DNA of 64,000 bases from an uncultured Actinomycetota bacterium (GTDB taxonomy: Bacteria; Actinomycetota; Actinomycetes; JAHEKZ01). The notes beneath the pieces were generated by a model that was given only the letters and a program-made list of their open reading frames with translations, ran no database searches and was not told the origin of the DNA. Shown here one piece after another: positions 22,833 through 33,983 of the stretch (position 1 is its first letter; the number at the start of each line of letters is the position of its first letter). The DNA is taken from assembly GCA_963743915.1 (NCBI GenBank), contig CAVURN010000001.1:704001-768000 (forward strand). The letters run 5' to 3'. A program made the translations under genes and the position numbers.

Positions 22833-23766
22833 ATGGCCGTCGTCACCATGAAGCAGCTGCTCGAGAGCGGCGTCCACTTCGGGCACCAGACCCGTCGCTG
22901 GAACCCGAAGATGAAGCGTTTCATCTTCACCGAGCGCAACGGCATCTACATCATCGACCTGCAGCAGTCCCTGGCGTTCATCGACCGGGCCTACGAGTTC
23001 ATCAAGGAGACCGTCGCGCACGGCGGCAGCGTGATGTTCGTCGGCACCAAGAAGCAGGGCCAGGAGGCGATCGCCGAGCAGGCCACTCGCGTGGGCATGC
23101 CCTACGTCAACCAGCGGTGGCTCGGCGGCATGCTGACCAACTTCCAGACCGTCCACAAGCGGCTCCAGCGTCTCAAGGAGCTCGAGGAGATCAACTTCGA
23201 CGACGTCGCCGCCTCGGGCGGGACCAAGAAGGAGCTGCTCGTCCTCCGGCGGGAGAAGGACAAGCTCGAGCGCACGCTCGGCGGCATCCGCGACATGGCC
23301 AAGGTTCCCAGCGCTCTGTGGATCGTCGACACCAACAAGGAGTCGATCGCGGTCGACGAGGCCAAGAAGCTCGGCATCCCGGTCGTCGCGATCCTGGACA
23401 GCAACTGCGACCCCGACGACGTCGACTTCCCGATCCCGGGCAACGACGACGCGATCCGTTCCGTTGCCCTGCTCACCAGGGTGATCGCCGACGCCGTCGC
23501 CGACGGCCTGGTCGCGCGGGCCGGCGCCGCCGCCGGTGACAGCAAGCCCGAGGCCGCCGAGCCCGGTGCTGCCGAGCCGCTGGCGGAGTGGGAGCGTGAG
23601 CTGCTCTCCGGCGACGCCGCTGCCGAGACCGCACCGGCCGAGACCGCTGCCGAGACCGCACCGGCCGAGACCGCTGCCGAGCCGCCCGGCGGACCGCTGC
23701 CGAGCCGCTCCGGCGGACACCGCTGCTGGGGCCGCTCCGGAGACCACGACCGGCGATCCTGCCTGA
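22833..23766 (+). CDS. rpsB: 30S ribosomal protein S2 (probable indel near 23685 makes it read into tsf in this assembly)
   Basis: [48 protein letters not shown]; SD GAGGAG. Confidence 0.96.
23618..23681 (+). repeat. Coding tandem repeat (about 27-bp unit, AAETAPAET) in the S2 C-terminal tail
   Basis: gccgagaccgcaccggccgagaccgct repeated twice. Confidence 0.7.
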
Positions 23767-23792
23767 CCGCCCTTCCCCCCGAGAGGATCACC

Positions 23793-24611
23793 ATGGCGAA
23801 CTTCACCGCCGCCGACGTCAAGCGGCTCCGCGAGTCCACCGGCGCGGGGATGATGGACAGCAAGAAGGCTCTCGAGGAGGCTGACGGCGACTTCGACCAG
23901 GCGGTCGAGCTGCTGCGGATCAAGGGGGCCAAGAGCCTCGGCAAGCGCGCCGAGCGCACCGCGGCCAACGGACTCGTGGCGGCTGTCGACGACGCCCTCG
24001 TCGAGCTGAACTGCGAGACCGACTTCGTCGCCAAGAACGACCAGTTCCAGGCGCTCGGCCAGCAGGTCGCGCAGGCGGCGGCGACCAGCCGGGCGGCGTC
24101 GGCCGAGGCGTTGGCCGCCACGACCCTCCCGGACGGCCAGACGGTCCAGCAGGCCATCGACGCGCTGGCCGCCGTCATCGGCGAGAAGCTGGTGCTCGGC
24201 CGGGTGGCGGTGTTCGACGGCCCCACCGTCGTCTACCTGCACCGGCGGGCGAGCGACCTGCCGCCGTCCGTGGGTGTGATGGTCGGGTACACCGGAGGCG
24301 ACGAGGCTGCGGCCCGAGGGGCTGCCATGCAGGTGGCGGCCATGCGTCCCCAGTACCTCACGCGCGACGAGGTCCCCGCCGACGTGGTGGAGAACGAGCG
24401 TCGGATCGCCGAGGCCACGGCCCGTGAGGAGGGCAAGCCCGAGCAGGCCCTGTCCAAGATCGTCGAGGGTCGGGTCACCGGCTTCTTCAAGCAGGTCGTG
24501 CTGCTCGACCAGCCGAGCGTCCAGGACCAGAAGCGCAGCGTGCAGCAGGTGCTGGCCGACTCCGGGGTGACCCTCACCCGGTTTGCCCGTTTCGAGGTCG
24601 GCGAAGCCTGA
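23793..24611 (+). CDS. tsf: Elongation factor Ts
   Basis: [47 protein letters not shown]; SD GAGAGGA. Confidence 0.97.
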   Translation: MANFTAADVKRLRESTGAGMMDSKKALEEADGDFDQAVELLRIKGAKSLGKRAERTAANGLVAAVDDALVELNCETDFVAKNDQFQALGQQVAQAAATSRAASAEALAATTLPDGQTVQQAIDALAAVIGEKLVLGRVAVFDGPTVVYLHRRASDLPPSVGVMVGYTGGDEAAARGAAMQVAAMRPQYLTRDEVPADVVENERRIAEATAREEGKPEQALSKIVEGRVTGFFKQVVLLDQPSVQDQKRSVQQVLADSGVTLTRFARFEVGEA

Positions 24612-24623
24612 GGCACACTCTGT

Positions 24624-24671
24624 GTCACCCGGGGCAGGGGGTCACCCGGGGCGGGGGTCACCCGGGGCAGG
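24624..24671 (+). repeat. Intergenic tandem repeat, 3 copies of GTCACCCGGGGC(A/G)GG
   Basis: Copies start at 24624, 24641 and 24657, between tsf and pyrH. Confidence 0.85.
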
Positions 24672-24704
24672 ATCTCACCGGCACCCGTCGACGAAGGAGC
24701 ACCG

Positions 24705-25439
24705 ATGAGCGAGCCAGGCGCGGAGCGGTCGTACCAACGGGTGCTCCTGAAGCTCTCGGGTGAGGCCTTCGCCGGAGACGGCGGACTCGGTGTCGACCCC
24801 GACGTGGTCGCCACCATCGCCCAGCAGATCGCCGACGTGGTCGCCGCCGGGGCGCAGGTCGCCGTCGTCATCGGCGGTGGCAACTACTTCCGCGGGGCCG
24901 AGCTCTCCCAGCGCGGGATGGACCGCTCCCGCGCGGACTACATGGGCATGCTCGGCACCGTCATGAACTGTCTGGCGCTCCAGGACTTCCTGGAGAAGCG
25001 CGGTGTCGAGACCCGGGTGCAGACCGCCATCACGATGGGCCAGGTCGCCGAGCCGTACGTCCCGCGTCGGGCCATCCGCCATCTGGAGAAGGGCCGGGTC
25101 GTGATCTTCGGGGCCGGCCTCGGCGCACCCTACTTCTCGACCGACACGACCGCCGCCCAGCGCGCACTGGAGATCTCCGCTGAGGTCGTGCTGATGGCCA
25201 AGAGTGTCGACGGCGTCTACGACGACGACCCGAAGACGAACCCCGCCGCCGTCCGCTTCGACCGCGTCAGCTTCGACGAGGCCCTCGCGCGCGAGCTGAA
25301 GGTGGCCGATGCCACGGCCTTCAGCCTGTGCCGCGACAACGACCTGCCGATCATCGTGTTCAACCTGCTGGAGGAGGGCAACATCGCCCGGGCCATCCGG
25401 GGTGAGAAGATCGGCACGCTCGTCGCGCAGGAGGCCTGA
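24705..25439 (+). CDS. pyrH: UMP kinase
   Basis: [45 protein letters not shown]. Confidence 0.97.
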   Translation: MSEPGAERSYQRVLLKLSGEAFAGDGGLGVDPDVVATIAQQIADVVAAGAQVAVVIGGGNYFRGAELSQRGMDRSRADYMGMLGTVMNCLALQDFLEKRGVETRVQTAITMGQVAEPYVPRRAIRHLEKGRVVIFGAGLGAPYFSTDTTAAQRALEISAEVVLMAKSVDGVYDDDPKTNPAAVRFDRVSFDEALARELKVADATAFSLCRDNDLPIIVFNLLEEGNIARAIRGEKIGTLVAQEA

Positions 25440-25491
25440 GCGTCGTGCGTGGTGACCGTGGAGCACAGCCGAGCAACGAGAGTGGGAGCCG

Positions 25492-26049
25492 ATGATCGCC
25501 GACACGCTGCGTGAGGCCGAGGAGAAGATGGGCAAGGCCGTGGCCGTCGCCAAGGAGGACTTCGCCTCGATCCGCACCGGCCGGGCCAACCCGGCGATGT
25601 TCAACAAGATCCTCGCCGACTACTACGGCAGCCCGACCCCGGTGAACCAGCTGGCGTCGTTCCACTCACCCGAGCCGTCGCTGATGGTGGTGACGCCCTA
25701 CGACAAGGGTGCGCTTGCGGCGATCGAGCGGGCCATCCGCGACTCCGACCTCGGCGTCAACCCGGTCGACGACGGAACGGTCATCCGGATCGCGTTCCCC
25801 GCCCTGACCGAGGAGCGCCGCAAGGAGTTCATCAAGGTCGCCAAGCACAAGGCAGAGGACGCCAGGGTCTCGGTGCGGAACGTCCGGCGTCACGCCAAGG
25901 ACCACCTCGACCGGCTGCAGAAGGACGGTGAGGTGGGCGAGGACGACGTGCGTCGGGCCGAGAAGCAGCTCGACGACCTCACGCACCGGTACACCACCCA
26001 GGTCGACGACCTGCTCAAGCACAAGGAAGCCGAGCTTCTCGAGGTCTGA
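25492..26049 (+). CDS. frr: Ribosome recycling factor
   Basis: [33 protein letters not shown]. Confidence 0.97.
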   Translation: MIADTLREAEEKMGKAVAVAKEDFASIRTGRANPAMFNKILADYYGSPTPVNQLASFHSPEPSLMVVTPYDKGALAAIERAIRDSDLGVNPVDDGTVIRIAFPALTEERRKEFIKVAKHKAEDARVSVRNVRRHAKDHLDRLQKDGEVGEDDVRRAEKQLDDLTHRYTTQVDDLLKHKEAELLEV

Positions 26050-26945
26050 TGGCGGAGGCACCCGGCGCCGCACCAACGGGCGAGTCGTCGTCAGCCGTGG
26101 GAAGGGCCCGCTCAGGTGGCGACGCCCCTCGCCGGGCGGGCCGCAACGTCCCCGTCGCGACCGCGGTCGGCGTGACACTCGCGGCGTTGGTGCTCGTCAG
26201 TCTGTACACGGTGGTGGAGGCCTTCGTCGTCCTGGTGACGCTGGCCGTGGTGATCGGTGTCTACGAGGTGTGCCACGTGCTGGCGAGCAGGGACATCGTC
26301 GTCCCTGTCGTTCCCCTCATGGTGGGCGGTGCCGCGATGGTGGTGGCCGCCTACGCCGACGGGACGGATGCCCTGTCGGTGACCCTCGCGCTGACCGTCC
26401 TCACGGTGGCGGCGGCGAGGATCACCTCACCGCTGGAGCTGCCACCCGAACGCCTGGTCCCCGATCTGATGGTGAGCGCCTTCGTGGCGGTGTACGTCCC
26501 GCTGCTGGCCGCATCAGCGGTGCTGATGGCGGCGTCGGACGACGGACCTGATCGCGTCGTCGTCTTCATCCTGGCCGTGGTGCTCAGCGACACCGGTGGG
26601 TTCGCCGCCGGCGTCCGCTTCGGCAAGCACCCTCTCGCCCCTTCGGTCAGCCCCAAGAAGTCCTGGGAGGGACTGGCGGGCTCGGTGGTGGCAGCGACGG
26701 TCGGGTCGGCCGTCGCGGTGCCGCTGCTGCTCGGAGCGCAGTGGTGGCAAGGCGCGCTGGTGGGCCTCGTCGCCGTCGCGACCGCGACTGCGGGAGACCT
26801 GGCGGAGTCGCTGCTGAAGCGAGACCTCGGCGTCAAGGACATGGGGCGACTGCTGCCGGAGCACGGCGGGATCATGGACCGCCTCGACTCGCTGCTGCCC
26901 ACCGCACCGGTCATGGCGCTGGTGCTGGCCGCCATCCTCGGCTGA
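26049..26945 (+). CDS. cdsA: Phosphatidate cytidylyltransferase
   Basis: SDTGGF, SPKKSWEG, GDLAESLLKRDLGVKDMG..LPEHGGIMDRLDS. Confidence 0.95.
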   Translation: MAEAPGAAPTGESSSAVGRARSGGDAPRRAGRNVPVATAVGVTLAALVLVSLYTVVEAFVVLVTLAVVIGVYEVCHVLASRDIVVPVVPLMVGGAAMVVAAYADGTDALSVTLALTVLTVAAARITSPLELPPERLVPDLMVSAFVAVYVPLLAASAVLMAASDDGPDRVVVFILAVVLSDTGGFAAGVRFGKHPLAPSVSPKKSWEGLAGSVVAATVGSAVAVPLLLGAQWWQGALVGLVAVATATAGDLAESLLKRDLGVKDMGRLLPEHGGIMDRLDSLLPTAPVMALVLAAILG

Positions 26946-27013
26946 TGCGACCCGTGGCGACGCTCGGGCCAGGCCTGCCCACCGAGGCGACGGTGATCGC
27001 CGATAATGCGCGG

Positions 27014-27643
27014 GTGACCTTGGCCGCGAAGGACCCCGACGAGCGTCGCCGACGGATCCTCGCCGCGGCGATCGCGGTGCTGCGCGACCGGGGTTTCACC
27101 GGCACCCGGGTCGCCGACATCGCGACCACCGCAGGCACCAGCCCGGCGCTGGTCCTCTACCACTTCAGCAGTCTGGCGGACGTGCTGGTGGCCGCCCTCG
27201 AGTCGGTCGAGGACGACTACTACGAGGGGCTCGGGGACGGGGCGGACCTGGACCCGCGTGACCGTCTCGTCCAGCTGGCCCAGACGTCGGCGGAGGGTGG
27301 TCCGGCCTTCGGTGACTGGCGGCTCTGGATCGAGGTGTGGGTGCGTTCCCTGCACGACGACCGGATCGACGCCCTCCGACGCGCGTCGGACCGACGGTGG
27401 CGCGACGAGATCACCGCGACGGTTCGGGCAGGGGTGGACCAAGGGCTCTTCGCGTCCGCCGACCCCGACCGGACCGGGCTGCGGATCGCCTGTCTGATGG
27501 ATGGTCTCGCGGTGCAGACCGTCCTCGGAGGCTCTGACCTCACGCCCGGCTCCATGGCGCGGGAATGGTTGAGGGGCGTCGCTCATGAGCTCAGCACCGA
27601 CCCGGACGCCCTGCTGACTCGGGCGGGTCCGCATGGTGCCTGA
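27014..27643 (+). CDS. TetR family regulator (BetI-like C-terminus), probably leaderless
   Basis: [41 protein letters not shown]; GATAAT -10-like hexamer at 27002-27007, 6 nt before the GTG. Confidence 0.88.
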   Translation: MTLAAKDPDERRRRILAAAIAVLRDRGFTGTRVADIATTAGTSPALVLYHFSSLADVLVAALESVEDDYYEGLGDGADLDPRDRLVQLAQTSAEGGPAFGDWRLWIEVWVRSLHDDRIDALRRASDRRWRDEITATVRAGVDQGLFASADPDRTGLRIACLMDGLAVQTVLGGSDLTPGSMAREWLRGVAHELSTDPDALLTRAGPHGA

Positions 27644-28748
27644 GCCCGGCGAGCTGACGCTCGACGCCCCCCGCGGCACGAAGCCCCCTCGACACCTGGC
27701 CGACCTGTCGGTCGACGCCCGACGTGAGTGGCTGGTCGAGCTCGGTCAGCCCGCCTACCGAGCGGACCAGCTCTCCCGCCACTACTTCGAGCGTCATGTG
27801 GTCGACCCGGCGGCGATGACCGACCTGCCGGCGGTCGAGCGCGCCGAGCTGGTGCAGCAGGTGTTGCCGCCGCTCCTGACCCCGGTCCGCTCGCTCACCT
27901 GCGACCGGGGAGCCACGGTCAAGAACGTCGTCCGGCTGTTCGACGGGGCCGTGGTCGAGAGCGTGCTCATGCGCTACCCCGACCGCGTCACCGTGTGCGT
28001 CTCCTCGCAGGCCGGCTGCGGCATGAACTGCCCGTTCTGCGCTACGGGCCAGGCCGGGCTCACGCGCAACCTGTCGACGGCGGAGATCGTCGAGCAGGTG
28101 GTGGCGGGTGCTCGGCTGCTCGACTCCGGCGACGTGCCCGGCGGCGCGGGTCGGGTGTCGAACGTGGTCTTCATGGGCATGGGGGAGCCGCTGGCGAACT
28201 ACCGAGCGGTGCTCGACGCCGTGCGGCGCCTGACCGACCCTCCGCCTGCTGGTCTCGGGATCTCGGCCCGTGCGGTCACCGTGTCGACGGTGGGGCTCGT
28301 CCCCGCGATGGAGCGGCTGACGGGCGAGGGCATCCCGGTGACGCTGGCGTTGTCGCTCCACGCACCCGACGACGAGCTCCGCGACACGCTCGTCCCGCTG
28401 AACACCCGCTGGCCGGTGGCGAAGGTGCTGGACGCTGCGTGGGGCTACGCCGAGGCCACCGGGCGACGGGTGTCGATCGAGTACGCGCTGATCCGCGACG
28501 TCAACGACCAGCCGTGGCGTGGTCACCTGCTCGGTGCGCTGCTGAAGGGTCACCTGGTGCACGTCAACGTCATTCCGCTCAACCCGACACCCGGCTCGCA
28601 GTGGACGGCCTCCACCCCGGAGGCCGAGCGCGAGTTCGTCAGCAGGATCGAGGCGCACGGCGTCCCGGTGACCGTGCGCGACACGCGCGGTCGGGAGATC
28701 GACGGCGCGTGCGGACAGCTGGCCGCCACCCTGGAGGAGAATCCGTGA
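27633..28748 (+). CDS. rlmN: 23S rRNA m2A2503 radical-SAM methyltransferase
   Basis: [40 protein letters not shown]. Confidence 0.96.
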   Translation: MVPEPGELTLDAPRGTKPPRHLADLSVDARREWLVELGQPAYRADQLSRHYFERHVVDPAAMTDLPAVERAELVQQVLPPLLTPVRSLTCDRGATVKNVVRLFDGAVVESVLMRYPDRVTVCVSSQAGCGMNCPFCATGQAGLTRNLSTAEIVEQVVAGARLLDSGDVPGGAGRVSNVVFMGMGEPLANYRAVLDAVRRLTDPPPAGLGISARAVTVSTVGLVPAMERLTGEGIPVTLALSLHAPDDELRDTLVPLNTRWPVAKVLDAAWGYAEATGRRVSIEYALIRDVNDQPWRGHLLGALLKGHLVHVNVIPLNPTPGSQWTASTPEAEREFVSRIEAHGVPVTVRDTRGREIDGACGQLAATLEENP

Positions 28749-29305
28749 GCGCGCACGACACCGCAGGTGACCACGCGTCCAGCGCGGGGCCGCGACAGGT
28801 GGCCGCCACGTTGCTGCGCATCGTCGTCGCCGTCGGCGGGCTGCTGCTGGTGTACTTCGAGATGCCGTTGGGCGCCGACGACGACCTCGTGCTCGGGCTG
28901 GTCGCGGTGGCGGTGGGGGTGCTCGCGTTCGGCGTGGTCTTCGTCCGACAGGTGCGGCGCATCCGCAGCGCGGAGTACCCGATGCTGCGTGCCGTCGAGT
29001 CCACCGCTCTGGTCGGGTGCCTCTTCGTCGTCGTCGTGGCGTCGATCCACTACACCCTGTGGTTCGCGGACCACACCAGCTACAGCGAGGACCTGAGCCG
29101 GCTCGACGCGTTGTACTTCACCGTCACCACGCTCGCCACGGTCGGGTTCGGGGACATCACCCCGACGAGCACCTTGACGCGGACGGTCACCACCGTGCTG
29201 ATCGTCCTCGGGGTCGCCCTGCTCGGCGCGGGCGTGCGGGTCCTGATCGGAGTGGCGTCGCAGGTGAACGAGGAGCGCCGCGGACGCGCGAGTCCGCCGG
29301 CCTGA
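28745..29305 (+). CDS. Potassium channel family protein (Ion_trans_2)
   Basis: [18 protein letters not shown] selectivity-filter motif; 4 TM. Confidence 0.88.
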   Translation: MSAHDTAGDHASSAGPRQVAATLLRIVVAVGGLLLVYFEMPLGADDDLVLGLVAVAVGVLAFGVVFVRQVRRIRSAEYPMLRAVESTALVGCLFVVVVASIHYTLWFADHTSYSEDLSRLDALYFTVTTLATVGFGDITPTSTLTRTVTTVLIVLGVALLGAGVRVLIGVASQVNEERRGRASPPA

Positions 29306-29343
29306 CCCGCCTGCCGGTGGGTGCGCCGGGGGGCGACTTCGTG

Positions 29344-29357
29344 GATTGGATACAATC
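29344..29357. promoter_or_regulatory. Putative GntR operator (copy 1)
   Basis: GATTGGATACAATC dyad upstream of the CoA-transferase; near-identical site at 32374. Confidence 0.6.
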
Positions 29358-29382
29358 TCCACCTGCCGATCGGGAGGTCGAG

Positions 29383-30513
29383 ATGGAACCCGGTGCCTTG
29401 GACGGGGTCGTGGTCGCCGACTTCAGCAGGGTGCTCGCCGGTCCCTACGCCACCATGCTGCTGGCCGACCTCGGTGCCGAGGTGGTCAAGGTGGAGCGAC
29501 CCGGGTCCGGCGACGACACCCGCGCCTGGGGGCCGCCCTGGCGCGGGGAGCAGTCCACGTACTTCGCGTCGGTCAACCGCAACAAGGAGTCGGTGGTCCT
29601 CGACCTGGCGGACGCCGAAGGGCGCGCGCAGGCCTTCGCGCTGGCCGCGCGCGCCGACGTGCTCGTCGAGAACTTCAAGCCGGGTGCGTTCGACCGCCTA
29701 GGTCTCGGGTACGACGCCCTGCAGGCGGCGAACCCAGGGCTGGTCTACTGCTCCATCACTGGCTTCGGCACCACCGGTGGAGCCGACCTGCCCGGCTACG
29801 ACCTGCTCGTGCAGGCGGTCGGCGGCCTGATGAGCATCACGGGGGCATCACCCGAGGAGCCGGTGAAGGTCGGGGTGGCCCTGGTCGACGTCATCACCGG
29901 CCTGCACGCCACGGTCGGGATCCTGGCAGCACTCCACGAGCGGGCCCGCAGCGGTGTCGGCCAGCGGGTCGAGGTGAACCTGCTCTCGTCGCTGCTGTCC
30001 GGCATGGTCAACCAGTCCGCGGGATACGTGGCGGCCGGGTTCGTGCCGACGATCATGGGCAACCGTCACCCCTCGATCGCACCGTACGAGTCCTACCCCA
30101 CGGCAGACACCCCGATGGTGATCGCCGTCGGCAACGACCGGCAGTTCCGCGCGTGCGCGGAGGTGCTCGGGGCGCCGGAGTGGGCCGACGACCCGCGGTT
30201 CGCCACCAACCCGGACCGCGTGCAGCATCGCGACGAGCTCTTCCGGCTGATGTGCGGGCGCCTCGCCGGTGCCGGGGCCGACCACTGGTTCGCGGCGCTC
30301 AGCGCCGTCGGGGTGCCCGCAGGGCCGATCAACGACATGGCCGGTGCCTTTCGGCTCGCCGAGTCCCTGGGTCTCGACCCGGTGGCGACATCGGGGGGAG
30401 AGCCCACGGTGGCCAACCCCATCCGGCTCGGCCGGACACCGGTGCAGTACCGGTCCGCACCCCCGGAGCTGGGGTCGACCGAACTGCCGACGAGCGAGCG
30501 GACCGACGCGTGA
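29383..30513 (+). CDS. CaiB/BaiF family (class III) CoA-transferase
   Basis: DFSRVLAGPYATMLLADLGAEVVKVE, VNRNKES, ENFKPG, GYDLLVQA. Confidence 0.93.
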   Translation: MEPGALDGVVVADFSRVLAGPYATMLLADLGAEVVKVERPGSGDDTRAWGPPWRGEQSTYFASVNRNKESVVLDLADAEGRAQAFALAARADVLVENFKPGAFDRLGLGYDALQAANPGLVYCSITGFGTTGGADLPGYDLLVQAVGGLMSITGASPEEPVKVGVALVDVITGLHATVGILAALHERARSGVGQRVEVNLLSSLLSGMVNQSAGYVAAGFVPTIMGNRHPSIAPYESYPTADTPMVIAVGNDRQFRACAEVLGAPEWADDPRFATNPDRVQHRDELFRLMCGRLAGAGADHWFAALSAVGVPAGPINDMAGAFRLAESLGLDPVATSGGEPTVANPIRLGRTPVQYRSAPPELGSTELPTSERTDA

Positions 30514-31178
30514 ACCGCCCCTCGTTCCGCCGTCCTCCGACCGCCCAGGAGGCGGTGCTCGACGAGCTGCGCAGCGCCATCGTCACCGGTGACCTCAAGC
30601 CTGGCGAGCAGGTGCTGCAGGACGCCCTCGCCGAACGGTTCGGAGTCTCACGCGTCCCGCTGCGGGAGGCGCTGAAGATCCTCGAGGGTGAAGGACAGGT
30701 CGTCTACCGACCGCACCGCGGCTACTTCGTGGCCGAGCTCGACCTGGACGACCTCCGCGAGGTCTACCGCATCAGGGACCTGCTGGAGTCCGAGGCAGTG
30801 GCGGTCGCCGTCGCGAGGGTGACGTCCGCCGACGTCGACGCCCTCCAGAGGGCGCTGGAGGACGTCGAGGACGCGGCGGCTGACGGAGACCTGGTCCGGA
30901 TGACCGAGGCCAATCGCCGGTTCCACTTCAGGCTCATCGAGTGCGCGGGGATGCCTCGGTTGTCCAGGCTCGTCCGCATCCTCTGGGACGCGACGGATGT
31001 CTACCGCTCGCTGTACTACGCCGATGACGCCGCTCGGCACGCCGTGCACGACGAGCACCGCGCGGTGCTGGCGGCGGTGCGGGCAGGACGCGCCGACGAG
31101 GCGGTCGACCTGCTCCGCCGCCATCGCCAGCGGGCGGTGGCGGCTCTCGAGCGAGCCCTCGGCGCTGCTCAGCGGTAG
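30510..31178 (+). CDS. GntR family regulator (FCD domain)
   Basis: LRSAIVTGDLKPGE...LAERFGVSRVPLREAL; NRRFH, EHRAVL. Confidence 0.92.
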   Translation: MNRPSFRRPPTAQEAVLDELRSAIVTGDLKPGEQVLQDALAERFGVSRVPLREALKILEGEGQVVYRPHRGYFVAELDLDDLREVYRIRDLLESEAVAVAVARVTSADVDALQRALEDVEDAAADGDLVRMTEANRRFHFRLIECAGMPRLSRLVRILWDATDVYRSLYYADDAARHAVHDEHRAVLAAVRAGRADEAVDLLRRHRQRAVAALERALGAAQR

Positions 31179-32353
31179 GCGGGGATGCCGGTGACGGCCT
31201 GGCCGACGACGAGCGTGTGGATCTCCTCGGTCCCCTCGTAGGTGAGCACCGACTCGAGGTTGTTGGCGTGGCGGAGCACCGGGTACTCGAGCGTGATCCC
31301 GTTGCCACCCAGGATGGTGCGCGACTCGCGGGCGATCGCCATCGCCTCGCGCACGTTGTTGAGCTTGCCCACCGACACCATCTCGGGGCGGATCTGGCCG
31401 GCGTCCTTCAGTCGTCCCAGGTGCAGGGCGAGCAGGAAGGCCTTGTCGAGCTCGACGGTCATGTCCGCAAGCTTCTTCTGGGTCAGCTGGAAGCCGGCGA
31501 TGGGTCGGTCGAACTGCTCCCGGTTGATCGAGTAGTCGATCGCCGTCTCGAGACAGTCCCGCGCTGCTCCGACCACGCCGAAGACGATCCCGAAGCGCGC
31601 CTCGGACAGGCACGAGAGCGGTCCCTTGAGCCCGGTCACCTCCGGCAGGACCGCGTCCGCGGGGAGCCGGACATCCTCGAGCACCAGCTCGCTGGTGATG
31701 GACGCGCGCAGGCTCAGCTTGCTCTTGATGACGGGCGCCGAGAAGCCGGCGGTGTCAGTGGGGACGACGAACCCGCGGATCCCCTCGTCGGTCTGGGCCC
31801 AGACCACGGCAACGTCCGCGACGGCCCCGTTGGTGATCCACATCTTGGTGCCGTTCAGCACCCAGTCGGTGCCGTCCCGCTTGGCGACCGTGCGCATCCC
31901 TGAGGGGTTGGAACCGAAGTCCGGCTCGGTCAGGCCGAAACAGCCGATCGCCTCGCCAGTGGCCATGCGCGGCAGCCACTGCTGCTTCTGCTCCTCCGAC
32001 CCCCACCTCCACATGGCGAACATGGCCAGCGACCCCTGCACGCTCACGAGCGAACGGATCCCGGAGTCGACCGCCTCGAGCTCGAGGCAGGCCAGCCCGT
32101 AGGCGACGGCGCTGGTGCCGGCGCACCCGTAGCCCTCGAGGTGCATGCCGAGCACGCCCAGGTCACCGAGCTCTCGGGCCAGGTCACGGGCGGGGATCGT
32201 GCCGGCCTCGAACCAGTCGGCGATGTGCGGACGCAGCCGGTCCTGCCCGAACTGACGGACGGTGTCGCGGATCGCCCGTTCCTCCTCGGAGAGCAGGGTG
32301 TCGGTGGCGATCAGGTCGAGGGGACGGACGGGCCTCTTCATGGACTGGGACAT
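31169..32353 (-). CDS. Acyl-CoA dehydrogenase, glutaryl-CoA dehydrogenase-like
   Basis: DSGIRSLVSVQGSL, CFGLTEPDFGSNP, LNGTKMWITNG, LESVLTYEGT. Confidence 0.88.
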   Translation of the reverse strand: MSQSMKRPVRPLDLIATDTLLSEEERAIRDTVRQFGQDRLRPHIADWFEAGTIPARDLARELGDLGVLGMHLEGYGCAGTSAVAYGLACLELEAVDSGIRSLVSVQGSLAMFAMWRWGSEEQKQQWLPRMATGEAIGCFGLTEPDFGSNPSGMRTVAKRDGTDWVLNGTKMWITNGAVADVAVVWAQTDEGIRGFVVPTDTAGFSAPVIKSKLSLRASITSELVLEDVRLPADAVLPEVTGLKGPLSCLSEARFGIVFGVVGAARDCLETAIDYSINREQFDRPIAGFQLTQKKLADMTVELDKAFLLALHLGRLKDAGQIRPEMVSVGKLNNVREAMAIARESRTILGGNGITLEYPVLRHANNLESVLTYEGTEEIHTLVVGQAVTGIPAYR

Positions 32354-32373
32354 GGGAACTACCCTTCCGCGGA

Positions 32374-32387
32374 GATTGGATCCAATA
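32374..32387. promoter_or_regulatory. Putative GntR operator (copy 2)
   Basis: Perfect palindrome ATTGGATCCAAT (32375-32386) upstream of the acyl-CoA dehydrogenase. Confidence 0.6.
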
Positions 32388-32424
32388 TACCACCGTCGCC
32401 GGGCGGCCTCGAGGGGCCGGACGG

Positions 32425-32784
32425 CTACTCGGCGATGACGAAGAGCTTGCGGACCGTCTCCAGGATGTCCCAGCGGCCCGACCACCCCTTGGGCAGCGTG
32501 AGCACGTCGCCGGCGGCCAGCTCGACCGACGAGCCGTCGGCGTTGGTGAGCCGGGCGCGGCCGGAGAGGATCTGCACCGTCTCGTGGTCGGGCCGGTTCT
32601 CGATGGTCCAGCCGCCGGGGGTGCACTCCCACAGACCCACCTGGACGCCGTTGCCCTCGTAGAACACCCGGCCGGCCGTCTGCGGCTCACCGCTGTCGGC
32701 GCCGACCCGCGGGCCCCAGTCCTCGAGCTCACCACTGAGCTCGTCCGTTCCGTTGGCCACCAGCAGCGGAGAAGTCATGGGCAC
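32425..32784 (-). CDS. Cupin domain protein (Cupin_3/DUF861-like)
   Basis: GLWECTPG...ETVQILSGRA...GDVLTLPKGWSGRW. Confidence 0.88.
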   Translation of the reverse strand: MPMTSPLLVANGTDELSGELEDWGPRVGADSGEPQTAGRVFYEGNGVQVGLWECTPGGWTIENRPDHETVQILSGRARLTNADGSSVELAAGDVLTLPKGWSGRWDILETVRKLFVIAE

Positions 32785-32813
32785 GTCCCTTCGGTCAGCA
32801 GTGTGTCGCGAGC

Positions 32814-33983
32814 CTACGCAGGGGGAGTGGCCCCTGGGGCGGGGGCTTCCTCGTGGGCCAGCAGGACGCCGTCCGAGGCCTCCCAGCTCAGCGCGACCCG
32901 GTCTCCAGGCGCCACGCCGGCCGTCCCGGCGACCGTCACGAGCACCGGCGCCTCGTGGCCCGCGACGTCGACGGCGATGGTGGACGCACCGCCGAGGAAC
33001 TGGACGTCGGTCACCGTGCCGGACAGCCCACCGGCCCCGGAGCCGTCGGCCACGGCGAGTCGGACGTTCTCGGGCCGCACCATCAGATGGGCGACCGCGT
33101 GCTCAGCGACATCGCCCTGTCCTGCGAGGACGCCGAGACCCGGCACCTCGAGACCTGCAGGCACACGGCGGCCGAGGAAGAGGTTGCTCTCTCCGATGAA
33201 GTCGGCCACGAACACGTTGCCCGGTTGCCGGTAGAGCGTGACCGGTTCGGCCACCTGCTGGACGCGGCCGTGGTGCATGACCGCGATGCGGTCGGCCATC
33301 GACATCGCCTCCTCCTGGTCGTGGGTGACCACCGCGAAGGTGATGCCGACCTCGTGCTGAAGGCGCTTGAGCTCGCGCTGCATCTCGGCCCGCACCTTCT
33401 TGTCTAGGGCGGACAGCGGCTCGTCGAGCAGCAGCATGCGCGGTCGCTTCACGATGGCGCGAGCAAGAGCCACCCGCTGCCGCTGACCGCCGGACAGCTG
33501 CTGGGGACGCCGGCGCGTCTGCTCGGTCAGTCCCACTGTCTCGAGCACCTCGCCGACCCGCCGCCGCACCTCGTCCTTGCCGAGTCCCTCGCGCTCGAGG
33601 CCGTACGCCACGTTGCGCTCCACCGACATGTGGGGGAAGAGGGCATACGACTGGAACATCAGGTTGACCGGCCGACGGTGCGGGGGCAGACGCAGCAGGT
33701 CCTCACCGAGCAGGGTCACAGAGCCGGCATCGGGTTCCTCGAAGCCCGCGAGGATCCGCAGCAGCGTCGTCTTGCCGCACCCGGAGGGACCCAGCAGTGC
33801 GAAGAACTCGTTGGAGGCGATGTCGATGCTGACGCCGTCCAGCGCCACCACGTCGCCGAAGGACCGGCGCACCTCAGAGACCCTCAGCAGCGAGCTGGCG
33901 ATGCCTGCCCCGGGATCGTCGACGTTCGGGGTCTCGACTGTCATGGGCGCTGCCACCTCGTGCAGGTCGGGTTCATACGGCAT
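32814..33983 (-). CDS. Polyamine ABC transporter ATP-binding protein (PotA-like)
   Basis: [45 protein letters not shown]; TOBE-like C-terminus. Confidence 0.92.
   Translation of the reverse strand: MPYEPDLHEVAAPMTVETPNVDDPGAGIASSLLRVSEVRRSFGDVVALDGVSIDIASNEFFALLGPSGCGKTTLLRILAGFEEPDAGSVTLLGEDLLRLPPHRRPVNLMFQSYALFPHMSVERNVAYGLEREGLGKDEVRRRVGEVLETVGLTEQTRRRPQQLSGGQRQRVALARAIVKRPRMLLLDEPLSALDKKVRAEMQRELKRLQHEVGITFAVVTHDQEEAMSMADRIAVMHHGRVQQVAEPVTLYRQPGNVFVADFIGESNLFLGRRVPAGLEVPGLGVLAGQGDVAEHAVAHLMVRPENVRLAVADGSGAGGLSGTVTDVQFLGGASTIAVDVAGHEAPVLVTVAGTAGVAPGDRVALSWEASDGVLLAHEEAPAPGATPPA

Noticed and set aside
22110-24611. Apparent 833-aa RpsB-Tsf fusion ORF
   Set aside because: tsf has its own SD and ATG at 23793, and the S2 Ala/Glu tail continues naturally in another frame to TGA 23766; best explained by one indel near 23685
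24624-24671. CRISPR array
   Set aside because: Only three abutting 16-17-bp units, with no spacers and no cas genes
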